Origin: Nitrospinales bacterium
GTDB lineage: Bacteria; Nitrospinota; Nitrospinia; Nitrospinales; JAJDAT01
DNA: 64,000 nt
Direction: 5' to 3'
Assembly (NCBI GenBank): GCA_038154245.1
Contig: JAYOZP010000002.1
Location: 114,928-178,927 of the forward strand
Both the position numbers and the translations under genes were made by a program. The notes under the pieces are model-generated. The model had not been told where the DNA came from. It searched no databases and was given only the letters and a program-made list of their open reading frames with translations. Positions 20,564-28,320 of this stretch are shown here, piece after piece (within the stretch, counting starts at the first letter, position 1; each line of letters begins with the position of its first letter).

Positions 20564-22526
20564 TAGCGTCGCCGGTAATTTTTTGCAATGTCTTTAAAAC
20601 TTTGGCTTTTTCGAAATCTAAAGGTTCTAGAGTTAAATAAATTTTAAGATTTTCTATCGCCAATTTATAATTTCCCGTTTTAGCGTATAAAGTAGCCAAG
20701 TTGTTATAGGTTTCTACATGATTTTTGTCGATCTCTATAGTTTTAAGAAACGCTTTTTCCGCAAGTCGGTACATTTCATTTTCAAAAAAGACCACTCCCA
20801 TATTATTTTGCGAAGAAGAGTTTTTGGGATCAAGGCTAAGAGTCTTTTTATACTCTTTTATAGCGTCGTCTCTACGTTTCAAAGCTTTGTATGCGTTACC
20901 GAGCGCATAATGAAAATCGGGATTGTCTGGTTTCTTAGAGACGGCTTTTTCAAAATAGCTTATGCTTTCTAAAGGGTTATTTAAGCGAATTTGAGTTAAT
21001 CCCGCGTTATAAAAAATTAACCCATTATCTTCCCCATAAAATATTGCGCGATCAAAATACTTTTTAGCCGCCAAATAGTTTTTTCTCTTGAAAAAAATAT
21101 GCCCCAAATTTAAATATGCCGATTTGAAAGCTGGATTTAATTTTAATGCGATTTTTAAATGTTTTTCGGCCTCTTCGTCCATTTCTTTATTTAAAAATGC
21201 GATTGCCAAATTATTATGAGCTATTACTTTGTTGGGAGATTTTCTAACCACATCTTCCCAGATCAAAATTTCATTCTTAAAATCGAGACTGCGATTAATT
21301 GACAGAACCGCCATTAATAATAAAGTTAGTAAAAAAAGTAATTTTCTAATCGTTAAAAAACGAATTGTATTTAACCAAAGAGTTCCAAAGACCAGACAAA
21401 AGCCAATAGCCGGAAGGTACAATCTGTGCTCTGTCGCTATTTGTTTTAAAGGAATGAATGTGGATGTGGGAGCTAGAGTTACAAAAATCCAAATTAATCC
21501 AAATTTAGCTATTTTTGATTGCGATTTTAAGGTTGTCGTTAAAATAGTAAAAATAGTCGCGATGGCTAACAGCAGCTTAAAGTTGAAAAAATTAGATATT
21601 AGCCTAAAGTCTGGTTCGAAATTCAGATTGATTGGTAAAAGTAATTTTAAAGCGTAATAGTAAATTGCAACTTCAAATTGGGTAATGAAATAAGAAAAGC
21701 GATTCTGTACTAGGGAAACAGGATCCGTTTTTAACATAAATATATTGCCAGTTTGATATTGTCTTATTCCTAGGTAGATGAATAAACAAATCAAAAGAGG
21801 CAATGCAGTAAATAAAATATTTTTCCAGTTTGCCGAGTCGGTAAATATCCATAAAAAAATAATTGCCATTATGGGCATAGTTACAATAATGGCCTTGCTT
21901 CCAAATCCTAAAAATAACGCCGCTAGCAAAATAGACGGGAAGATAAACACATCCATTAATGGCGATTTGTTTTTTGAGATTTTTTTCCAACGAACAAAAG
22001 TTAACGTCGCCCCTAAATAAAAAAAGGTGGCCAGTAATGATGAGCGGCTGGAAAGATAGACAACCGACTCAACGTTTATGGGATTCAAAACATGAATCAA
22101 CGAAGCCACTAACGGAAGATTTTTCAAACGAGATCTAATTTCGGGATTTTCTTTTTCTAAAAACTCCCAACAGAGGAAGAACAATAAAATCCCTGTACAG
22201 ACATGTAATACAGAATTTAATAGATGAAAACCAAAGGACTGACTTCCTCCTAAATGAAGATTCAAGGAATATGTTAATAAAAGGAATGAGCGACTAAAAA
22301 TTCGTTCGATCCCTACAATTTCTTGGAATTTATTCAGATCCTGAATATAGGGATTATTTACGATTGCATGATCGTCGTCGTAAAGAAAAGGGGAAGAAAT
22401 TGACGAAACGTAAACGCTAGTTCCAATTGTCGTTAGAATGACAATTGAAAGAATAAACTTGATGGTTAGCGAAGGATTAAAAGACCGGAGCCAAAAATTC
22501 ATTTTTTGTTTAATTCTTTGAGCCAA
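20556..22526 (-). CDS. Polytopic GT-C-like (TMTC/PMT-like) membrane protein with C-terminal TPR repeats, paralogue 2
   Basis: FGFHLLNSVLHVCTGILLF, ATEHRLYLPAIGF, C-terminal TPRs. The likely real start is M9 (ATG 22502-22500), which forms an ATGA overlap with the stop of the upstream paralogue. Confidence 0.65.
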   Translation of the reverse strand: MAQRIKQKMNFWLRSFNPSLTIKFILSIVILTTIGTSVYVSSISSPFLYDDDHAIVNNPYIQDLNKFQEIVGIERIFSRSFLLLTYSLNLHLGGSQSFGFHLLNSVLHVCTGILLFFLCWEFLEKENPEIRSRLKNLPLVASLIHVLNPINVESVVYLSSRSSLLATFFYLGATLTFVRWKKISKNKSPLMDVFIFPSILLAALFLGFGSKAIIVTMPIMAIIFLWIFTDSANWKNILFTALPLLICLFIYLGIRQYQTGNIFMLKTDPVSLVQNRFSYFITQFEVAIYYYALKLLLPINLNFEPDFRLISNFFNFKLLLAIATIFTILTTTLKSQSKIAKFGLIWIFVTLAPTSTFIPLKQIATEHRLYLPAIGFCLVFGTLWLNTIRFLTIRKLLFLLTLLLMAVLSINRSLDFKNEILIWEDVVRKSPNKVIAHNNLAIAFLNKEMDEEAEKHLKIALKLNPAFKSAYLNLGHIFFKRKNYLAAKKYFDRAIFYGEDNGLIFYNAGLTQIRLNNPLESISYFEKAVSKKPDNPDFHYALGNAYKALKRRDDAIKEYKKTLSLDPKNSSSQNNMGVVFFENEMYRLAEKAFLKTIEIDKNHVETYNNLATLYAKTGNYKLAIENLKIYLTLEPLDFEKAKVLKTLQKITGDANE

Positions 22527-24769
22527 TATGAAATCTGAATTCTTTCCTTGGGATTTACGCTAGATTTTAAAGCAGTCTCAAACAAGTTTCTTGCCTGGTC
22601 TGGTTGACCTTCATTTTTCCAATACATTAGACCTAATTGAATGCGAATGGCATTTAAATTTGGGTCTTGAGCAAGCACAATTTCTAATTGTTTAATCGCT
22701 TCTTTGTTATCGCCTTTTTGTGAAAGGACTTTAGCTAATAGGGTCCGTGCATTAAGAAGTTTTGGATTTAATTCGAGCGCGTTTTTGAAAGAGCCAATAG
22801 CTTGGTTCAACTTGCCCAGCTGCACATAATTAATTCCCATAGAAATGTGAGCTTTAGGAAAAGATTTTTGAATGTTCAGAAATTTTGAAAAATATTGATT
22901 AGAATTTTCGAATTGCCCAGATTTTTGATAAACAAATGCAAGATTATAAAGGGCATTCTCAAATTCAGGTTTAACTTCTAAACAGTTTAAAAATGATTCT
23001 ATTGCTCTTTCTAATCTCCCCAGTTTCATATTTGCTGTTCCGATGTTGTAATGAGCTTTGAATGAATTTGGGATTGATTTAAGAGCGATTTTCGATTGTT
23101 TAATTGATTCTTCAAATCGGCCCATTTTTCCATAAACTTCCCCTAAGTTTATTCGCGCTAGAGGATAATCTTCGCCTGCGGCTACTTTTGTGGATCGAGT
23201 ATTAATAGCGGCTAGATAGCTCTTTTCCGCCTCTTTGAGTTTGTTTGTTTGGTTTTGAACCGATCCTAAACCTAAATAAGCTTGATAATATTTGGGATTT
23301 AATTCAATAGCGCGTTTATATTCTTTTTCGGATAAATTCAATTGCTTTTTATCCATATAAATATTTGCAAGATTATAATGAGTGGTTTCAAGAAAATCCG
23401 ATATTTCGACGCTTTTTTTGAAATACTTTAAAGCCAAATCTATTTCGTCTTTTTCATAGTAGGCTTTTCCAAGGTTTGTATAAGGTCTAGGAGAACTGGG
23501 AGATTTCTTTAAAGTATCTTGCCAAAGGTTAAACTCGTCAATCCAAACTTTGTTTCTTTGCGTGGTAAGAACAGCGAAAGAAACTAATAATAACGTCAGA
23601 AAAATATATCGTGTTTTTTTTGGAATAGATTGGACTGCCAAAGCGAATAGCGGGCATATTCCTAGTGTTGCCGGAAGATAGAGTCTATGTTCTACCGCTA
23701 AATCGTTAACTGGAAGTATGCTTGAAGTAGGAGCTAAGGTAAATATAAACCAACCAGCGCAAATTTTCCCCCATTTTCCTCCTTTTAAACCTGTGCCTAT
23801 AATTAGTACTAACCCTATTAACGCCGCTAAAACAATTTTAGGGTCGCTTTGTATTTTAGTAAATGGGTAATTAACATCTACATTTAAGTTGATGGGCCAT
23901 AAAAGAATTTTTATATAATAGAAGATAATGATTTTGACTTGGATACAAAAATACCCAAAATAGCCATATATTTCTTTTCCATTATCTATAATGGGGATTT
24001 TAGTGACGAAAAGAAGCGTCGATACTAACAAAAAAAAGTAAATAATTAGGATAGGAACGCTTGTCAACTTTTGGAATAAGTCAGGGTACTTTTTAGGACA
24101 AATTAGGAAAATAAAAAGCAAAAATAAAGCGACAGGGAAAGTAGCCGCGACAATTTTAGAAGTTAAACTTAAGTAAAAGCATAAAAAAACTAAAAGAACC
24201 CGTATAGAGACATTAAAAATTCTTTTATTTTTCTGTTGAAAAATTTGCAGGAAATACCAAACTCCTAAAAGGTAGAAAAGCGTTAATAACTCAGACGATC
24301 GCGACGATATATAGGTTACGGATTCAGTGAAAACAGGATGTATTGCAAATACAAATGAGGATATTAGAGCAAATGAAATTCCATTTCCAGGCGATTGACC
24401 TGAAATTTTAAAGGCTAATTGAAGAATGAAGAAAACAAGAATTGTTGTTAGAACATGAAAAATTAAATTTAGTAAATGAAACCCAAATGGATTATTTTTA
24501 TTTAGCGTGTTATTTAGGGCTAAAGTAAATAAAACAACCGGACGGGCTGAAATTGCGAGAAATAAAACTTTTGGCGAAAAATTGTCAAAAGAAAAAATTT
24601 TAACTCTTTTTTCGTATTCTTCTAGGTTTGATACCCAAATTCTGTGTTGGAACGTGATGTCGTCGTATTGGAAAGACCCTTTTAGAGAATTAAAATAAAC
24701 TATAGTGGTTGCGAGTATTAAAACTAAAACACAACATAGTGTTTGTCTATTTTGAGAAAGATTATTCAT
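22499..24769 (-). CDS. Polytopic GT-C-like (TMTC/PMT-like) membrane protein with C-terminal TPR repeats, paralogue 1
   Basis: FGFHLLNLIFHVLTTILVF, AVEHRLYLPATLG, and about 9 C-terminal TPRs. The N-terminus MNNLS is shared with paralogue 3. Confidence 0.65.
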   Translation of the reverse strand: MNNLSQNRQTLCCVLVLILATTIVYFNSLKGSFQYDDITFQHRIWVSNLEEYEKRVKIFSFDNFSPKVLFLAISARPVVLFTLALNNTLNKNNPFGFHLLNLIFHVLTTILVFFILQLAFKISGQSPGNGISFALISSFVFAIHPVFTESVTYISSRSSELLTLFYLLGVWYFLQIFQQKNKRIFNVSIRVLLVFLCFYLSLTSKIVAATFPVALFLLFIFLICPKKYPDLFQKLTSVPILIIYFFLLVSTLLFVTKIPIIDNGKEIYGYFGYFCIQVKIIIFYYIKILLWPINLNVDVNYPFTKIQSDPKIVLAALIGLVLIIGTGLKGGKWGKICAGWFIFTLAPTSSILPVNDLAVEHRLYLPATLGICPLFALAVQSIPKKTRYIFLTLLLVSFAVLTTQRNKVWIDEFNLWQDTLKKSPSSPRPYTNLGKAYYEKDEIDLALKYFKKSVEISDFLETTHYNLANIYMDKKQLNLSEKEYKRAIELNPKYYQAYLGLGSVQNQTNKLKEAEKSYLAAINTRSTKVAAGEDYPLARINLGEVYGKMGRFEESIKQSKIALKSIPNSFKAHYNIGTANMKLGRLERAIESFLNCLEVKPEFENALYNLAFVYQKSGQFENSNQYFSKFLNIQKSFPKAHISMGINYVQLGKLNQAIGSFKNALELNPKLLNARTLLAKVLSQKGDNKEAIKQLEIVLAQDPNLNAIRIQLGLMYWKNEGQPDQARNLFETALKSSVNPKERIQISYWLKELNKK

Positions 24770-24950
24770 TTCTATTAATGAGAAATAGGTCTTAATTTAT
24801 GATTTAAATTTCGATGAATTGCGCAAAACAAATGAAGAAAATCAGAAGAAAAGCAAAAAGTTGATCGATTCAATAAGTTGTGATTTGAAATTAGCTTTTA
24901 TAATAGATCTTCAATTACTAATGAAAATTTGAACCTTAGTTTAAAGCATT

Positions 24951-24966
24951 AGGCTATTATTTTGCA
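24951..24966 (+). promoter_or_regulatory. Candidate sigma-54-type promoter upstream of the sugar-modification operon
   Basis: AGGCTATTATTTTGCA has GG and TTGCA at the canonical -24/-12 spacing, but the TGGCAC half is degenerate. It lies 85 nt upstream of the 25051 start. Confidence 0.3.
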
Positions 24967-25050
24967 AAACTGAATAGACCTTTTTGATTTCAAGCATACT
25001 TAAAATATTAAATTCATTTTCGGGATAAATTTGCTTCCAAGGTTTCCAAT

Positions 25051-26256
25051 ATGAATCACAATATAATAACTCGGAATACTTGCAGACTCTGTGGGTTTTC
25101 TAAATTAGAAGATATTTTTTCTTTGGGAAACCTTTATATTTCCACGTTTGTAGAAAAGAAAGATGAAGGAATTAAAGCTCCCTTAGATTTAACGCTTTGT
25201 AATAAGTGTTCTCTTCTTCAATTGCGCCATACTGCTCCCATGGAATTAATGTATTCGAGGTACTATTGGTACCGGTCGGGAGTAACGGATACCATGCGAG
25301 CTGCATTACGCGATATTACCGAAGATATTGAACGTATAGTGGATTTAAAACAAGGAGATGTCGTATTGGATATTGGCGCAAACGACGGCACTTTGTTAAA
25401 AACTTATTCGTGCGAGGGGCTAAAGAAGGTGGGGTGCGAACCTGCCAATAACCTGATTGAACTGCTACGAGAGGTAACGCCGTTTTCTATTCACGATTTT
25501 TGGAATGCTGATGTTTACGACTCTTTAGCTAGAGAAAATGGATTTGGAAAAGCCAAAGTAGTTACCGCAATTGGTATGTTTTACGATATGGAAGATCCGA
25601 ACCAATTTGTCGCCGACGTGACCAAAGTTCTCGCAGAAGATGGAGTTTTCGTCGCTCAACTTATGTGTTTACGCCCAATGTTAGAGAAAAACGACCTTGG
25701 GAATATTTGTCATGAGCATTTGGAATATTATACTTTGGAGTCGTTAAAGTATCTTTTTGAAAATAATGGATTAGAAATGTTCAAGTTGGAGGAAAACTCG
25801 GTAAATGGTGGGAGTTATCGGATTTTCTGCCGTCATTTAAAAGATGGAGGAATTCCATTTGATGAAACCTATACGCGCGCCGATTATCAAGCCTTTTTTG
25901 GACGAATCGAAAAGAACAAAAAAGAATGCGTCGATTTCATTAAAAAAGAAGTCTCGTCTGGGAAATCCGTTTACATTTATGGAGCTTCTACAAAAGGCAA
26001 TACGATTCTCCAATACTATGGTTTAGATCATAATTGGATAAAAGCGGCGGCCGAGCGCAGTCCTGAAAAATGGGGTAAATTTACGGTAGGTACGCAGATA
26101 CCTATTATTTCAGAAGAACAAGCTCGATCCGACCGTCCTGATTATTTTTTGGTTCTTCCGTGGGCTTTTTTTGACGAATTTTATGTCAGGGAAGCCGCAT
26201 GGCGAGAGACAGGCGGTAAGTTTATAGTTCCGTTACCGGATTTCCGAGTGGTATGA
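25051..26256 (+). CDS. SAM-dependent sugar C-methyltransferase-like protein (Zn-ribbon + class I MTase + C-terminal MTase_14-like domain)
   Basis: N-terminal Cys pairs CRLCGF...CNKCSLLQL, a SAM-binding-like VLDIGANDGTLL, and a long C-terminal domain as in NDP-hexose C-methyltransferases. Confidence 0.65.
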   Translation: MNHNIITRNTCRLCGFSKLEDIFSLGNLYISTFVEKKDEGIKAPLDLTLCNKCSLLQLRHTAPMELMYSRYYWYRSGVTDTMRAALRDITEDIERIVDLKQGDVVLDIGANDGTLLKTYSCEGLKKVGCEPANNLIELLREVTPFSIHDFWNADVYDSLARENGFGKAKVVTAIGMFYDMEDPNQFVADVTKVLAEDGVFVAQLMCLRPMLEKNDLGNICHEHLEYYTLESLKYLFENNGLEMFKLEENSVNGGSYRIFCRHLKDGGIPFDETYTRADYQAFFGRIEKNKKECVDFIKKEVSSGKSVYIYGASTKGNTILQYYGLDHNWIKAAAERSPEKWGKFTVGTQIPIISEEQARSDRPDYFLVLPWAFFDEFYVREAAWRETGGKFIVPLPDFRVV

Positions 26257-26350
26257 TTATTGTTCCTGAAGAAAAATAAAAAAATAGGGTAGACACTATG
26301 AAAGCTTTTTTAAAACGTTTTATATACTGAATTCAACTAGGAGATATTTT

Positions 26351-27340
26351 TTGAAAAAAGCTTTGATTTTAGGAATTACGGGGCAAGATGGAAGTTATCT
26401 TGCCGAGATTCTTCTAGAAAAAGGTTACGAAGTACATGGATTGCAAAGAAGATCTGCAACCGGAAATACTCGTAACATCGATCATTTATTAAGAAACCCA
26501 GAAATTTTCGAAAAAAAACTGTTTTTACATCGCGGCGATTTAGCGGATGTCACTTCTCTCTTTAGAATAATTAACGAAGTTCAACCTGAAGAAATATATA
26601 ACGAAGCGGACCAAGATCACGCGGGTTGGAGTTTTAGCATAATTGACTATTCGTTAGATATTACCGGTTCGGCGGTTGGGCGTATTTTAGAAACAATTCG
26701 CCAGATAAATCCTAAAATAAAGTATTTCCAACCTTGTACATCAAATATGTTTGGACACGCCAAGGAACCTCTTCAAAATGAAGAGACTCCTTTTAGCCCG
26801 CAAAATCCTTATGCCTGTGGAAAAGTATTGGCGTATATATTGTGTAAACATTTTCGCGAAGCCTATGGGATGTTTGTTTCCACTGGAATTTTTTATAACC
26901 ATGAATCTCCTCGCCGCACAGAAGATTATGTAACGAGAAAGATCACTCTCGCCGTTGCTCGAATTGCAAGAGGCAAGCAAGACAAGCTAATTTTAGGAGA
27001 TCTATCAGCCTACATTGACTGGGGATATGCAAAAGAATATATGGAAGCTGCATGGAATATTCTTCAATTAGACGAACCAGACGATTTCGTGGTCGCAACT
27101 GGAGAAGCTCATAGCGTTAAAGATTTTGTAGACGAAGCGTTTAAGGCGGCTGATCTTGATTCAGAAAAATATGTCATGTCCCACAAAAAATTTTTGAGAC
27201 CTACCAAAAATCACGTTCTCAAAGGCGATATCTCAAAAGCTCGCAAAACGTTTGATTTTGATCCGAAGATCAAATTTAAAGAGCTAGTGAAGTTGATGGT
27301 TGAAGCCGATCTTAAGCTAGTCGAAAAAGAGAATAATTAG
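26351..27340 (+). CDS. gmd: GDP-mannose 4,6-dehydratase
   Basis: KKALILGITGQDGSYLAEILLEKGYEVHGLQRRSA, NPYACGKVLAY (YxxxK-type), FYNHESPRR and WGYAKEYMEA. Confidence 0.85.
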   Translation: MKKALILGITGQDGSYLAEILLEKGYEVHGLQRRSATGNTRNIDHLLRNPEIFEKKLFLHRGDLADVTSLFRIINEVQPEEIYNEADQDHAGWSFSIIDYSLDITGSAVGRILETIRQINPKIKYFQPCTSNMFGHAKEPLQNEETPFSPQNPYACGKVLAYILCKHFREAYGMFVSTGIFYNHESPRRTEDYVTRKITLAVARIARGKQDKLILGDLSAYIDWGYAKEYMEAAWNILQLDEPDDFVVATGEAHSVKDFVDEAFKAADLDSEKYVMSHKKFLRPTKNHVLKGDISKARKTFDFDPKIKFKELVKLMVEADLKLVEKENN

Positions 27341-28072
27341 ATGCTTTCCATAATACTGCCTACCTATAACGAGTCCGGTAATATTGCCAGGATGATAGAG
27401 TGGATTATGGAAGAAGTGTCTTTACCTTTAGAAGTGATTATTGTCGACGACGATTCTCCCGACAAAACTTGGGAAGTCGCCGAAGAAACTCAAAAAACTT
27501 ACCCAAATGTGAGAGTGTTGAGAAGGATTGGAAAAAGCGGTTTAACATCTGCAATTGTCGACGGTATAGAAATCGCTAAAGGTGATGTTTTTGTATGGAT
27601 GGACGCCGACTTATCTATTTCTCCCGCAAAAATACCAGAGCTAATGAAAAAGATTGACGAAGGTAACGATGTTGTCATCGCTTCCCGTTATGTAGTAGGC
27701 GGAGGAACGGTAATTATAGAAAAAGAAGACGATTCGTTGGTTTTGGTCATCTTGAGCTTTGTATTGAATTGGTTTATTCAAAGAATGCTCGACCCTAGAA
27801 TTCATGATTACACCAGCGGTTTTATCGCGATCCGCAAGCGGGTTGCCGAACATGTAGAGATTAAGGGAGATCACGGGGAATACTTTATAAGCTTAACTTA
27901 TAAAGCATTGAAAGATGGTTTTAAGGTTGTAGAGATCCCATATATTTTAGGAGCTCGCGACTATGGAGTGTCTAAAACCGGGACCCGTTGGTGGCATTAT
28001 TTTCAAAAAGGATTTAAATATTTAGGCGTTACAATCTCCATGTTGTTTTATAGAAGCAGACCTATTAAATAG
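27341..28072 (+). CDS. GT2 polyprenol-phosphate sugar synthase (Dpm1/Ppm1-like)
   Basis: LSIILPTYNESGNI, IIVDDDSPDKT, WMDADLS (DxD) and ASRYVVGGG. The start abuts the gmd stop. Confidence 0.75.
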   Translation: MLSIILPTYNESGNIARMIEWIMEEVSLPLEVIIVDDDSPDKTWEVAEETQKTYPNVRVLRRIGKSGLTSAIVDGIEIAKGDVFVWMDADLSISPAKIPELMKKIDEGNDVVIASRYVVGGGTVIIEKEDDSLVLVILSFVLNWFIQRMLDPRIHDYTSGFIAIRKRVAEHVEIKGDHGEYFISLTYKALKDGFKVVEIPYILGARDYGVSKTGTRWWHYFQKGFKYLGVTISMLFYRSRPIK

Positions 28073-28320
28073 ATTTTTCTTCACATTTTTTTAAAACTCT
28101 TTCCTGTAAATTATTCGCTTTTCGTTAGTTCTAAAATGCCTCAAAACCTATTAAACTTTTTAAGAATTAAACTGTGAGACATTGATTGAGACATGCCAAG
28201 AATACGTTTCACAAAGTTTACCTTTTGAGACATTTCATTGTTTAAATAATTATGATTATTTTTAAAAAAAGGAAAATGGAAATTGACGGATGGAAATTGG
28301 GAACTTTTTTGAATTTAATT

